Source: a virus. Taken from it: DNA of 64,000 nt. Positions 9,687-19,984 of this stretch are shown piece by piece (position 1 is the stretch's first letter; each line of letters begins with the position of its first letter). The notes beneath the pieces were generated by a model that was not told where the DNA came from, ran no database searches, and saw only the letters and a list, made by a program, of their open reading frames with translations. Location: the IMG/VR virus record IMGVR_UViG_3300049440_000156, positions 3,705-67,704 of that record; one strand, 5' to 3'. Position numbers and translations under genes: made by a program.

Positions 9687-10892
9687 TTAAGAACCTGATT
9701 TATTGCGGGCTGCCTCTGCGCCTTCTTTGCGCCGCAGTTCTCCAGCTTTCTGTCTCGCCTGCTTCACCTTGTCCTTACGCTCGTAATCCGTGCGATAGAC
9801 TTCGGTCAATTTATCTTCAGGTAGATCGAGCAGCGCCAGATGTTCGACGTCGATCTTTGAATCCATGAAGGCTGTGTAGGCATCGATAGGCCAGCCGCAG
9901 TGCTGGCACATTACCGCCTTATCGAGCACGTCAGAGCGGCAATTGCCACATTTCTCTGCGGCTACGCCTGAATCGAGGCGGGTCGGCGTCAGCCACTCCG
10001 GAGCCTTCAGTAAAAGCCCCAGATTCAGGCAAACCTGCGCCTGGTCTCGCGTCATGCCGTTGATGCCGACGTTCTTGCGGTCTTTCCCTGTGGCCTGGTG
10101 GTACTCGGAATCCATCTTCGTGACGATCTCGAAGTACGCTTTGTTCCGCCGCTCAAACATTTCCATGTACACGTCACGGTAGGAACGCATTACAGGTACA
10201 CGCTTCTTGCCCGGAACGATTCCGCCCGCACGGCGGCTGGTGAAGTTACCCGCGACTTCGGTGAACAACGGCATCCCAAGGTCGGTGAACGTCTTGATCT
10301 TCACGTCTTCCCGCCACATCTCTTCCAGCGACAACTCGCCTTCGTAGATGAAAGCTCCCGGTCCCCACAACTGCACATTGGCGTTGGCCACATTCATGTA
10401 ATTCTGTGCCAGCCACAGCGGGAAGAGCGCATCAAATGTGTGATTGCCGCTCTCCTGGGGTACTGGGTCAATGGCGGCTTCGGCGATCAAGAGCGACGTG
10501 CATTGTTTGCCCGGTTCGCGTGTACACATGTCAGGAGTGCACGGCGGGACGCTCTGGTAGTAATTGCGTCCGCCGTTCACGCGCAGCACGAGCGGATGGA
10601 AATTTACGACCACGGCGGACGCCGGTGGCTGCGTTTCGAGCTGCTCGTACACTTTGTCCAGGTTGCGCAAAGTCTCTTCGTTGAAGTCGGCGGCCGGCTT
10701 CCCTTGCCGCATCTTATTCACGCCGTCGAAGATCGCGTCGAACTGCCCTGGCATACGCAGCGGCGCGGAAGCTCTTGCCTCGCCTACCGGCACTCCGCTT
10801 GCGACCTGCCGGTCGATTTCCGCCAACATTCTTTGGTCGTGCGCCATATCGCTATCGAGCCCGGTGTACGGAACTACTGGTGAATCACCCAT
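9687..10892 (-). CDS. Hypothetical protein with C-terminal zinc ribbon
   Basis: CGNC...CQHC near the C-terminus. Confidence 0.7.
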   Translation of the reverse strand: MGDSPVVPYTGLDSDMAHDQRMLAEIDRQVASGVPVGEARASAPLRMPGQFDAIFDGVNKMRQGKPAADFNEETLRNLDKVYEQLETQPPASAVVVNFHPLVLRVNGGRNYYQSVPPCTPDMCTREPGKQCTSLLIAEAAIDPVPQESGNHTFDALFPLWLAQNYMNVANANVQLWGPGAFIYEGELSLEEMWREDVKIKTFTDLGMPLFTEVAGNFTSRRAGGIVPGKKRVPVMRSYRDVYMEMFERRNKAYFEIVTKMDSEYHQATGKDRKNVGINGMTRDQAQVCLNLGLLLKAPEWLTPTRLDSGVAAEKCGNCRSDVLDKAVMCQHCGWPIDAYTAFMDSKIDVEHLALLDLPEDKLTEVYRTDYERKDKVKQARQKAGELRRKEGAEAARNKSGS

Positions 10893-10918
10893 AAAATCAA
10901 TTCTTCCTTCTGCCCGTT

Positions 10919-11389
10919 TTAGCCGGGTCCAGCGTTGTCCCTCTTTCGATCTTGGTAGTACTTACGACAATAGTCTGCCCTGCAGATTCGGCAGAGTCGC
11001 TTACGCCCATTCCATGTGTATACGGAAGGATCGTCTAAGCTATGGCCGTTCTTACAAAACTTTTTTCTGGAATTAACAGTTGCTGGCGAATCACTACGTT
11101 CTTTGTTGACTAGGGGAGTGACGGCCTCTAAGTGCTGCGGATTCACACAGCAAGGCATCTTGCACTTGTGGTCAATCTCCATTCCATCTGGAATCGGGCC
11201 ACGAAACATCAGATATGACGCACGATGTGCCGACAACCTAATGATTCGTCCATCGCTGTCAGGATCAGATGCTATCAGCCCATAGCCGATACCTCTTAAG
11301 TACCCTAACCAAAGCCAGCACCCTGTGTTGGGCTCAGGAACATACAGCGCGTTGAATCTATCAATCATCGGATAGAACGGTTTGGACAT
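10919..11389 (-). CDS. HNH homing endonuclease
   Basis: GCWLWLG, AHRASY, EIDHKCKMPCCVNPQHLEAVT, CKNGH...CRIC. Confidence 0.9.
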   Translation of the reverse strand: MSKPFYPMIDRFNALYVPEPNTGCWLWLGYLRGIGYGLIASDPDSDGRIIRLSAHRASYLMFRGPIPDGMEIDHKCKMPCCVNPQHLEAVTPLVNKERSDSPATVNSRKKFCKNGHSLDDPSVYTWNGRKRLCRICRADYCRKYYQDRKRDNAGPG

Positions 11390-11407
11390 AACTAGATTGT
11401 ATCTATT

Positions 11408-12196
11408 CTAGTTACCGCAATGTTCAGTAATCCCCGCCTGTTTTGCTAACTGCTCACGGTACCGTCCTGCAGCCAACGAACAACGATTAAGCAGTCCACA
11501 CTTGCCCGTCCACTCGTCGGTGATGATGTTGTCGTAGAACTGCTCCAGCTCCGCGTGTTTCTTCTTTAGCTGCTTCTCAATCACCATCGCCCGGATCAAG
11601 AACCTCTGGTGCGGGCTCTCTGGTTGTGTCTTCTGAATCAGCCTGTAGGCCCGGATCACTTCAGTTACGTGGTCCATGCTCGGCCAACGCATGCCCTCTT
11701 CTGAGCCGATCATCTCGTAGTCACCGTACTGCGGATATGGTCCCAGGAACGGATACTGCGCGACGTGGATAGCCTCCCATTCGGTTCTTGAACCGTAGAA
11801 CTCAGCTCCCTGCCAGCGCTCGATCACGATTCCCTTGAAGGAGTACTTAGGAAACCACTGCTCCCCGAGTTCATGGCCTTGCACCTTCAGGTTGCGCGCT
11901 GAGATGTATGCGCCTTCCTCCATTGCGTCCTGCTCGGACACTCCGGAAGCTACCAGGTCCGCAACCTCCTTCATGGGGATGGCGTTCAGCGGGTCCTGGT
12001 CGTCATTGAAGTAAGGCCGGTCAATCGACATCTTGCGGACGCATTTCTCCGCACGGACAACCCGGAATGTCGGCTCGTCGTACTTGTTCAGGCCGCCGAT
12101 CCGTACCATGTGCGCCCGCAACCACCGTGGGCAGTCATCGTTGATGACATCGTAGCGGGTGATCTTCGGTTTTACGTGAGCGTGACCTATGAGCAT
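11408..12196 (-). CDS. Hypothetical protein
   Basis: Long ORF; start chosen at MLIGH. Confidence 0.65.
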   Translation of the reverse strand: MLIGHAHVKPKITRYDVINDDCPRWLRAHMVRIGGLNKYDEPTFRVVRAEKCVRKMSIDRPYFNDDQDPLNAIPMKEVADLVASGVSEQDAMEEGAYISARNLKVQGHELGEQWFPKYSFKGIVIERWQGAEFYGSRTEWEAIHVAQYPFLGPYPQYGDYEMIGSEEGMRWPSMDHVTEVIRAYRLIQKTQPESPHQRFLIRAMVIEKQLKKKHAELEQFYDNIITDEWTGKCGLLNRCSLAAGRYREQLAKQAGITEHCGN

Positions 12197-12648
12197 TGGT
12201 GCTTGGTCTTTTCCTCTTCCGTACGCGGAACGCCGGCCGCAAACTCGACTTCGCACTCACGGAGCTGTAGGAACTCCATCCCACCGATATTTACCGGGGT
12301 GCCGTAGTACTTGGAGAACTTGACGCCCTCGCCCACCTGGACGCCCAGCGGGATGCGCTTGCCCTCGTCAGTCAAGAGCCCAGGCCCCACAGCTACAACG
12401 ATGCCTTGCTCTGTTTTCTCCCGTGCGTTCTGCGGAATGAAGATGCAGCCGTAAAACTCTTCAGGCTCAGAGCGCTTGATAAGAATCTGGTCGTTAAGGC
12501 AGCGACCATTGACGGATTCGATCTGCGCCGCCAGTTGAATGGCTTGTTCGCGCGCAGTGAAGTAAGCAGGGCTCAAAAGCTTTGAAATCGCAGTGCCTTG
12601 GCTCTGGATGGCCAGTGCATCATTCTTGGTGGTCTGTTTCTTTTTCAT
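12187..12648 (-). CDS. groES: Co-chaperonin GroES (Cpn10)
   Basis: LNDQILIKR...IFIPQNAREKTEQGIVVAVGPG...GKRIPLGVQVGEGVKFSKYYGT. Confidence 0.9.
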   Translation of the reverse strand: MKKKQTTKNDALAIQSQGTAISKLLSPAYFTAREQAIQLAAQIESVNGRCLNDQILIKRSEPEEFYGCIFIPQNAREKTEQGIVVAVGPGLLTDEGKRIPLGVQVGEGVKFSKYYGTPVNIGGMEFLQLRECEVEFAAGVPRTEEEKTKHQCS

Positions 12649-12660
12649 GATCTCGTTTTT

Positions 12661-12861
12661 CTAGGTTCTGTTATTCGTCACCTTGGGAAACTGCTCCTCG
12701 ACGGCGCCCATGTCGATATTCGGCAAAAGCTGAATCAGCGCCAATCGTGTTGCATGTGGTGGAACTGGACGGCCTAACGGTTTAAGGATTGACACGCAGT
12801 TAGTACCCATAACCCTGCATGTCGGGCATTGCACGTTCAACCAGCGGTTATCTTCAGACAT
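12661..12861 (-). CDS. Small zinc-binding protein
   Basis: CPTC...C...PH motif. Confidence 0.55.
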   Translation of the reverse strand: MSEDNRWLNVQCPTCRVMGTNCVSILKPLGRPVPPHATRLALIQLLPNIDMGAVEEQFPKVTNNRT

Positions 12862-12870
12862 AAAATCGGC

Positions 12871-13155
12871 CTACCACCAATCAGGCTCCAGCGCGATATC
12901 CACACAGGGGAGGCATACATAGACCGTTCCGAAGCGGCCTTCACACTTTCCTGTTTCCCTGAAAACCCGCGTGCCGGGAGGAATCATATGCTGGGCACCG
13001 GCCTTAAGACCGAAACAGGTATGTTCATGCCGAGTAACGACTAGAGCGGTTTTGCGACACTCAACCTCGGCAGGGAAATCGTCGCCAGCGCCCGGGTCGA
13101 AAGCCAAGTACTGTGCATCGGTATGCTTCGGAGCTGGGCCGTTTCGTTTAGGCAT
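12871..13155 (-). CDS. Small Cys/His protein
   Basis: TRHEHTC...YVCLPC. Confidence 0.6.
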   Translation of the reverse strand: MPKRNGPAPKHTDAQYLAFDPGAGDDFPAEVECRKTALVVTRHEHTCFGLKAGAQHMIPPGTRVFRETGKCEGRFGTVYVCLPCVDIALEPDWW

Positions 13156-13170
13156 ATTAACTTTCAGGTT

Positions 13171-13200
13171 AAAAAACAGGCCACCCTTTCGAGTGGCCTG
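13171..13200 (-). terminator. Intrinsic terminator after capsid gene
   Basis: CAGGCCAC-loop-GUGGCCUG followed by UUUUUU. Confidence 0.8.
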
Positions 13201-13223
13201 CCGAGTTTAAGGAGAGGAGAAAC

Positions 13224-14525
13224 TTACGACTGTCCGACCGGAACTTTCAGGTTGGTCAAGCCGCCTTGCGCCGAGGGATTCGAGCAGCCCCAGTTGTAAA
13301 CTTCCTGGGAATAAACCAGCTGATCGGTGGTCGGGGCGCCGGTGGGCTGATCGTAGCGCGAGAACACGATGTCGCCCGATCCGCGCTTCTTCAGCCAGAA
13401 GGGAGACGTTGCCGCCCACTTCAACTGCAGCCATACCTTGCGGTTCGGCAGGTCGAAGCGGGTCGAATCGCCGTGCAGGTTCTCGTACACCCTGCGTCCG
13501 TCGATCGTCATCATGCCTTCGCCCTTCTTGAACAGCAGGTCCAGGCCTTTCGCTTTGCCGCCGTCGAGCGGGATGTACTGCAACTGCCATCCAAGCTCTT
13601 CGTATGACTGGAGCGGCGCTCCGTGTCCATGCCAGAACAGACCGTCCAGCCCCTTGTTGCCGAGGCGCTGGTAAATCTGCTGGGTGGCAATGCGGAGCAT
13701 CGGAACTGACATTGCCGACTGGCCGGCATTGACGCCGTTCGCCTGAACGAAGGAGAGCGACCGCGGCAAGCCCATCAGGTTGCCGGTGTTGACGGTGTTG
13801 ATAAAAGTGGGCAGTCCGTTGATGAAAACCGGAGCGCCGCCTGGTAGCCCGTCAACCATTACGTTGTCGCCAGCGATGGTTCCCGGAGGAACAGCGTCAA
13901 CCGTGATCGTCTGTGCGCCGCCAACAAAGTTGAAACGCTCCAGAATGGTCATCGAGCCGCGTGGGACGAATCCGCCGCCGCCCGATTGGACTTGAACCTT
14001 CTGCTGGCGGTCCACCAGCTTCGCTCCGCGGCCATCGATCGTCGCCGTGGTTCCGGAGTTCATGGTGATGGTCGTGCCGTTGATCGAAGAGATCGTTCCG
14101 AGCGTTCCATCTCCAGGCGTCTGGAGCAGGATGTCCCTGATTTTCGCGCCCTGCTTCGATACATCGGCCATCGACTTGGCCACAGGGTTGATGATCGAGG
14201 TCTGCTGCGATTCGCCCGTCCACTCCGATTGCATGGAGAATTGCACCGGAATGACATACGGAACGGGCAAGAGGGTAAACTGCGCCCACTTTGCGCCGGT
14301 ACCGAAGGGCAGCGGTCCGCCGTCCGGGTTGTTGGCTGAATAGTTCGATACCGTATCCGACTGCAAGATGATACGGAAGGCGTGGGTGGAGACTCGTACA
14401 GCTTCCCCGCGTCCGGTGCCAAGGATCTGGCTAAGTTCAGCGGTAAACTCCAGAGCTTCCTCCACCTGTTTTGTGATTCCCTCGATCTGGAGGACGAAGG
14501 AACTTTGGCTGGTCAATCCTGGCAT
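13224..14525 (-). CDS. Major capsid protein
   Basis: 433 aa, follows scaffold and precedes a terminator; C-terminus NWGCSNPSAQGGLTNL is capsid-like. Confidence 0.8.
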   Translation of the reverse strand: MPGLTSQSSFVLQIEGITKQVEEALEFTAELSQILGTGRGEAVRVSTHAFRIILQSDTVSNYSANNPDGGPLPFGTGAKWAQFTLLPVPYVIPVQFSMQSEWTGESQQTSIINPVAKSMADVSKQGAKIRDILLQTPGDGTLGTISSINGTTITMNSGTTATIDGRGAKLVDRQQKVQVQSGGGGFVPRGSMTILERFNFVGGAQTITVDAVPPGTIAGDNVMVDGLPGGAPVFINGLPTFINTVNTGNLMGLPRSLSFVQANGVNAGQSAMSVPMLRIATQQIYQRLGNKGLDGLFWHGHGAPLQSYEELGWQLQYIPLDGGKAKGLDLLFKKGEGMMTIDGRRVYENLHGDSTRFDLPNRKVWLQLKWAATSPFWLKKRGSGDIVFSRYDQPTGAPTTDQLVYSQEVYNWGCSNPSAQGGLTNLKVPVGQS

Positions 14526-14583
14526 CGGTTTTTACCTCTCGAAGTGGATTTACTTCTGCTGCTGGCTGCGGGGAAAAATGTTT

Positions 14584-16158
14584 CTACTTCTTGCCGCCCA
14601 TGATTCGGGCGAAATGCCACTCAGTCGGCATCTCAAGACCTGCGTTTTTCGGATCGGCATCCCATGCCGCTTGACTGTCGGCAATACCTGTGCCTTTGAC
14701 TGAAATTGCCGGCGCCGCCGAGCTGGCGCCGCGTGGTTCGGCCTTGCTGGCATCGGCTGCCGCTTTCTCTTTTGCTTGCCGCTCGCCCTGGCGCTTCAGC
14801 GGGCCTTCGGTTGCTTTACGCAACACGTCTTTGACAATCGGGCCGACCTTCATGTTGCGGTACTTCAGTTCGTGGGCCTTCAGCGCCTTAATGTTCGCGA
14901 CAGATGGATCACGCTCGATTGCGGCCGTCAATTGTTTTTTGGTCTCTTTGTAATAAGGGTGTCCAGATTTTGGATCAGTCGGAATCCCCTCAAGAGCGAG
15001 GTCTAGCGCCTTGCCGATCTGGATTACTGCTTGCTCGAACTCGAACTCCGTCAACCCTGCCTTGTCGAGCGCCGGGACAAACTGGTCGGCAATCGCGTCG
15101 TCTACCTCGGTGTTGAGTGTCGAGAGCGAAGTAGTGACTTTCTCCGTATGGGCTGCTGCCCGCGATTTGGCGAGTTCGCCTTTCTCGCGGTCAATCCCTT
15201 CCTGTGCCTTCTTCTGTTCCGGCGTCAGCTCAGGAGGTTTGTTGTTCGGCTTGGGACTGACGCGCTGCAGGTTCTCGATAGAGAACACGATGTCTTCATT
15301 CGCTTCGACGTTCTGGCCCGCAGCAATGGCTTTCTTGGCGTCAGCCAGTTTGATATCGAGCACGTCATAGAAAGCATTTGCCAGAGGAGTGAGCAAGCGT
15401 CCACCCTTGGCCTGTTCGGTCATCCACTGCAGGTTTGTATCGACAATGGCGCGTTCAAAGTGACCGAAGGCGGGGTGTGGGACAGGATTCCCTTTGTCGT
15501 CCTTACCCATCTGCGACTGATACATTTGCTGCCACCAGCCGATTGCCCCTTTTGTGTCGGCGATGCCGTCAAACGATGAATCAAAGGCGTCGTACTCTGC
15601 TCCTGTCTGTACCAATCTCTGCGCGGTCTCAACGTCAGGAATCTCGCGCAGGATGGGGTCAGCGATGGCCGCGCGCCGCGCCATACTGGTCAGCGTCTCC
15701 TTGAGCGGGTTCGCGGGATCGTTGAACCATTCCTTCACCGCATCCGGCGCCGCGTCGATCTTTTCGAGCAGTGTTGCTGGCGCGATTGATTCGCCCAGGT
15801 CAATCTCAACCTGATTTGTCGGTGGTTTCGCGGCCTCGGCGGCTGCTGCTTCTTTGGCTGCTTTCTGCTCAGGCGTTTCTGCTACTGCCGCTGCTTCACG
15901 AGCTGCTTTAGCTTCAGGCGTCTCTTCGACAACAGGAGCGGCTTCCGCTGGCTTTGCTTCCTCCGCAGGCTTGACAGGTTCCTCGGTTGGAACTTTCTCC
16001 ATCGCCTCGGTAAAGAATTCAGGGCTGCCGACTACTGGCGCTGGTTTGGCTTCGACTGCTGCGGGTGCTGCTGCAGGGGCGGCTGCTGCTGGTGCTGCCG
16101 GTGCCGGTGCGGCTGCTGCGGGTGCTGCTGCGGGGGGAGCGATTGCTGTTTCTGCCAT
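14584..16158 (-). CDS. Scaffolding protein
   Basis: Ala/Pro/Glu-rich N-terminus, helical body, immediately upstream of capsid gene. Confidence 0.7.
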   Translation of the reverse strand: MAETAIAPPAAAPAAAAPAPAAPAAAAPAAAPAAVEAKPAPVVGSPEFFTEAMEKVPTEEPVKPAEEAKPAEAAPVVEETPEAKAAREAAAVAETPEQKAAKEAAAAEAAKPPTNQVEIDLGESIAPATLLEKIDAAPDAVKEWFNDPANPLKETLTSMARRAAIADPILREIPDVETAQRLVQTGAEYDAFDSSFDGIADTKGAIGWWQQMYQSQMGKDDKGNPVPHPAFGHFERAIVDTNLQWMTEQAKGGRLLTPLANAFYDVLDIKLADAKKAIAAGQNVEANEDIVFSIENLQRVSPKPNNKPPELTPEQKKAQEGIDREKGELAKSRAAAHTEKVTTSLSTLNTEVDDAIADQFVPALDKAGLTEFEFEQAVIQIGKALDLALEGIPTDPKSGHPYYKETKKQLTAAIERDPSVANIKALKAHELKYRNMKVGPIVKDVLRKATEGPLKRQGERQAKEKAAADASKAEPRGASSAAPAISVKGTGIADSQAAWDADPKNAGLEMPTEWHFARIMGGKK

Positions 16159-16186
16159 TGCGATTGTTCCTTTTCTTGACGTCTGG

Positions 16187-16223
16187 AAATAGAAAGGCGC
16201 GATCTCCTAGGAAGACCGCGCCT
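16187..16223 (-). terminator. Terminator/attenuator-like hairpin in scaffold leader
   Basis: AGGCGCGGUCUUC-CUA-GGAGAUCGCGCCU followed by UUCUAUUU. Confidence 0.6.
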
Positions 16224-16259
16224 GTCGTCGTGCGCTTTGTTTGGGTGTATCTTGCTAAA

Positions 16260-16555
16260 ACTTTCCGCAGGATGAGCAGCAACCCGCGTGGCTATCTGCC
16301 ATTGGTGGGACGCCTGATTCCAGTTATCGCGGCCTCAAGCTATGGAATCGATGTTTGCGTCTGCTGGCTATCTCAGCCTATGCCCGCGACCGTTCTGGCC
16401 TTTCGCCTCTTCGGAGCTTCCCAGCAGCCCTCACGGGATTACTCTGCTATTCCACTCCGCATCTCTAGATCGACTTTTAGCGGACCGGACCAGATTACGC
16501 GCTGCGTTCCGCCGGCTAGTCGTCCAACCGGTACGTCTGCTTTTTGCGGAAACTT
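16260..16555 (-). ncRNA. Candidate structured non-coding RNA
   Basis: Lies in a 400-bp gap; closing helix UUUCCGCA/UGCGGAAA plus several small hairpins. Confidence 0.4.
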
Positions 16556-16558
16556 GGG

Positions 16559-17551
16559 TTAAGCTACTTCGTCTGCCGGTGGCTCCGGTTCGCGTGGAGC
16601 GGGAGGGGCGTTTTCGAGTTCCGCGATCACGTCCATCTCCTCTTCCGTCTCCGTCTCCGCTTCCGGCTCAGGCGCTAACTGCTCGCCCGCGGCGAGACGT
16701 TCTGACGCTGTCGGCTCGGGCTTCACTGGCTCCGGCTTCTTCTTGAGTGACTCGGCGTAAGCTTTCGCTGTGGCGGGATCGCAAACATGCTCCTGCCATA
16801 GATGACTGTTATCGCCGCCGAGTACTGCTCCTTCTTTTTGTGCTCCGTCAACCGGCTCCCATTGCCTGCCGCCTTGATGACTGGCAATGCGCTTTACAAG
16901 AGCGCCGCAGCCCTGGCAGGTGAACGGGAAGCCAACCGTCTGCGGATGTGCGGGGTGGCCGATAGGCACTGCTTTGTCTCGGCATGTCCGGCAATACGGT
17001 TGAGCGCTTACATCATCTTTCACCAGAAAATCACCGTCAATTGGGCAGGTTTTCCATCTTGGACCTACGTCACGAGGTAAATCCGCGCCTTGTACTGGAA
17101 TTGGCTTGGGCGCCATAACGCCAGTCGTTGTAGGCCCGAGCGTGACGCCAGCCTTCGCGGCTTTGTGCCACTGAATGTGCTTCTCGTAGATCGGCCTGTG
17201 CTTCGGAATCACCTTGCCGTCATCGTCAAACTTCGCCGATTCAAACGGATGGTCATGTACTGGATGGTCTGGCGGCAGTTCCAGGTGCTCTTCGTCCTCA
17301 AACTTCCAGACATGTAGAGCGTAGGTCGGTAGATCGGGATTTGATTCCTGCCGCGATGGATGCCCCATGTGCGGAACATCAATCAGTTCTGTCGGCTCAT
17401 CCGTCGGCGGCTTGTGGTAGGTGAGTGTTACCAGCGGCTCTTGGTCAACCAGTTCGTTGCTGGCATCCATGTGCTGACGGAAGCTTTTGACCAGCGCGTT
17501 GTGGCTGACTCCTTTGGAGTCGATGAAGATGATTACGTCGTTGGCTCTCAC
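16559..17551 (-). CDS. Hypothetical protein with Cys motifs and acidic tail
   Basis: CPID..CRTC, CQGC..HVC. Confidence 0.65.
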   Translation of the reverse strand: MRANDVIIFIDSKGVSHNALVKSFRQHMDASNELVDQEPLVTLTYHKPPTDEPTELIDVPHMGHPSRQESNPDLPTYALHVWKFEDEEHLELPPDHPVHDHPFESAKFDDDGKVIPKHRPIYEKHIQWHKAAKAGVTLGPTTTGVMAPKPIPVQGADLPRDVGPRWKTCPIDGDFLVKDDVSAQPYCRTCRDKAVPIGHPAHPQTVGFPFTCQGCGALVKRIASHQGGRQWEPVDGAQKEGAVLGGDNSHLWQEHVCDPATAKAYAESLKKKPEPVKPEPTASERLAAGEQLAPEPEAETETEEEMDVIAELENAPPAPREPEPPADEVA

Positions 17552-17563
17552 TGAATTATCTCC

Positions 17564-19984
17564 TTATCCCGCCTGTTGCGGGCCTGCTGGTAACTGTTTC
17601 TGCGCTCCCGGAGGAGGTGGCGGCTGTGTTGCGCCCTGTAATTGTCCTGAGGCTTTGGCCATCATCTGCTGCTTCTGGAACTGCATTTCCAAGCCAAGCT
17701 TAATGAACGCCACTAAGTTGCCATGGAATGAATCGTTGTCCATCCATTTGTCGGGATGTTCGCGCGCCCAATCCGGCAGAATCTTTCCAAGCGAATCCAG
17801 ATCGTCCAGCCACATATCTGGCTGTACGCTCGGCACATCTACCTGCTGCATTGCCGGGCTGCCGTCTGGGTTTATCTTGCCCGGTACCGGCACATTCTCT
17901 TGTGTTGGCTCGCCCTTCAATAGCAGATCAATCAAGATCAGTGCGCGGCCTTCAGACAGTGATCCAGGAGCAATCAATCCCTTGACACCAAAGCTCGACA
18001 CGCAGGCATCAACGTTCTTCGGCTCAGAGAAGAGCATCTCTGCAATGGCTTTGTTGGTGTTGTTGAGAATCTTCTCCCAGAAAGCCTGTATCTGCTCAAC
18101 CGTCATCGGGAAGCCCTGGTCTTCCTCGGGCTCGACGTGAATTGAGCCTTTCATCTGGTCCGGATGAACGTACTGGTTTCTAAATTCTCCAGTCTTGTCC
18201 GTGACGGTGTTCCACCATTTGTCCGTCATGTTCCGGGCCGCGCAGCTTACACCCTGCTCGGCGGCTTCGGCATCCTGCTCCCTGATCTGGTTCCAGTGCA
18301 GGTTCAGTTTGCCTTTAGCCTGCGCTAATTGCTGTTGCTGCCCACTGGCCGTCTGAACGTTTTCTCCCGGATCGCTGCCAACAATCTGTGGCATCACGCC
18401 GGTAAGCAACTGCATCTGGCTTGGCAGGCTGCCCATGTATTCGAGCAGTTGTGGCTCGATCTCAAAGACAAACTGGTGAACCAGATCAGCTAAAGCCTTC
18501 TGTGGTCCTGTCTTTCTGAGCGCCACCGGATTAAATACTCCCGGCAACAATCCTTTCCGGTTTAGCTGCTTGGTGTCGATGTACTCAGCGTTAACAATCA
18601 CCAGGCCCGCAGCCATGCGCTCAAAGAAGTCATCAACCATGTACGTCAGGTTGTTGAACCTCTTTTGTACCGGGATCGCCGCTTTGCCGGCAGCAATTCC
18701 CGTCTGGCCAACTTCGTCGCACGTTGATGCGCGTGTCCAGCAATCTGAAATCGCCTGGTTGACCGGAGGCATCAGTACCAGGTCCCCGACGTGAGCAATG
18801 AAGCAGCCCTCTGGGTATTTCGCCTTTAAGCGCTCGGCTGCTTTCCGATCATCCAGATAGCTGAATGCCCACGGCTGAACCCAATCCCGCGAATACGTTG
18901 GATCCTGCAGGAGCGTTGCCATCGCGAACCCTGGCGACGTCTTGGTTGCTGCAATCTGCCGTGCTTGCCGCTGCTGCTGGTCTTCGGCGCCCTCGGCTCC
19001 CATGCCGTCTCTGAGCTGCTCGTACAGGTCCGGGAAGACATCACGGAGCCAACCCAAAGATACTTCCATCTGTAAGCCAATAATGGGCGACTCGTCCCGG
19101 CTCATCGCCTTGGGCTTAGAGATAATATGAAGCGGTCCGAAAATGCTTTTGACCACCATCCCATTCGGGATGTCGGTCTGCTCTTCGGCCACCGGGACTT
19201 CATCGGTGTAGCCCGGATAAACGTTTTGCGGCTCAAGCGGCTGTCCGCACTTCGGACATACCGGCTGCTCTTGCCCCTGGACCGCCTGAATCGGCGTTGC
19301 CGTGCCGCAGTTCATACAAACAAAGCGGTCTGGCACGACCTGCTGCTTCTTGATGGTCAGGACCGTCTGTTTTCTGGTCTTGAACCTGGTCGCGTCTACG
19401 ACGAAGCGGTTGTATTCCCAGTAATGTCCCGCCGTCCAGAAGTGGAACAACTTCGCCAGATGAAGCTTTCTCGCCTTGTTTTTCTTGGCGATGATCTCCA
19501 TGACCGTCGTCGCGGCCTTGGCTGTCTCGCGGTCTTCCGTTTCGTCAGCGTTCTCTGGCGACGTAGTGTTACGCGGAATGTCCGCCGATAGTACCGCCTG
19601 GTAGCCGAAGAACAACATCTGGTAAAAGTTAGTCGGCAAATCGGAGAGCGTCAGGTCTTCATCTTCTTTTCCGTCCGCATCTCCACTGAGGTAGTCAGTG
19701 AAGGCCTGGAAGGAACTGAACATGTCCGTCGTGCCGGCCCAGAAATCGAAGAAGTGATTGCCTTTTAAAAACTCAATCGCTTCCAGTGTCTCGGCGATGA
19801 TGGCCCGGTACTCGGTAGCCCACTGCTCTTTCTGGACTTTAATCATGTCCAGCAGGAGCTTGATATCCGCCTGGTCCTGCTCTGAGTTATCGTCGTTCGT
19901 CGTTGTCGCCGGCGCGTCCCGAGTTGGCTCCTCACTCGGTTGCTGCTGTGGCGGGTTAACCTCCGTTATGAGTTGGTCGGCCAT
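17564..19984 (-). CDS. Portal protein with zinc-ribbon insertion
   Basis: 806 aa; EDRETAKAAT, AIPVQKRFN, MQLLTGV...TASGQQQQLAQA, Q/P-rich tail; insertion CMNC...CPKC. Confidence 0.85.
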   Translation of the reverse strand: MADQLITEVNPPQQQPSEEPTRDAPATTTNDDNSEQDQADIKLLLDMIKVQKEQWATEYRAIIAETLEAIEFLKGNHFFDFWAGTTDMFSSFQAFTDYLSGDADGKEDEDLTLSDLPTNFYQMLFFGYQAVLSADIPRNTTSPENADETEDRETAKAATTVMEIIAKKNKARKLHLAKLFHFWTAGHYWEYNRFVVDATRFKTRKQTVLTIKKQQVVPDRFVCMNCGTATPIQAVQGQEQPVCPKCGQPLEPQNVYPGYTDEVPVAEEQTDIPNGMVVKSIFGPLHIISKPKAMSRDESPIIGLQMEVSLGWLRDVFPDLYEQLRDGMGAEGAEDQQQRQARQIAATKTSPGFAMATLLQDPTYSRDWVQPWAFSYLDDRKAAERLKAKYPEGCFIAHVGDLVLMPPVNQAISDCWTRASTCDEVGQTGIAAGKAAIPVQKRFNNLTYMVDDFFERMAAGLVIVNAEYIDTKQLNRKGLLPGVFNPVALRKTGPQKALADLVHQFVFEIEPQLLEYMGSLPSQMQLLTGVMPQIVGSDPGENVQTASGQQQQLAQAKGKLNLHWNQIREQDAEAAEQGVSCAARNMTDKWWNTVTDKTGEFRNQYVHPDQMKGSIHVEPEEDQGFPMTVEQIQAFWEKILNNTNKAIAEMLFSEPKNVDACVSSFGVKGLIAPGSLSEGRALILIDLLLKGEPTQENVPVPGKINPDGSPAMQQVDVPSVQPDMWLDDLDSLGKILPDWAREHPDKWMDNDSFHGNLVAFIKLGLEMQFQKQQMMAKASGQLQGATQPPPPPGAQKQLPAGPQQAG

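Noticed and set aside
10919-11389. HNH genes (also 28108-28611) as intron-encoded
   Set aside because: The flanking genes appear intact and no intron structure was recognised, so they are treated as free-standing.
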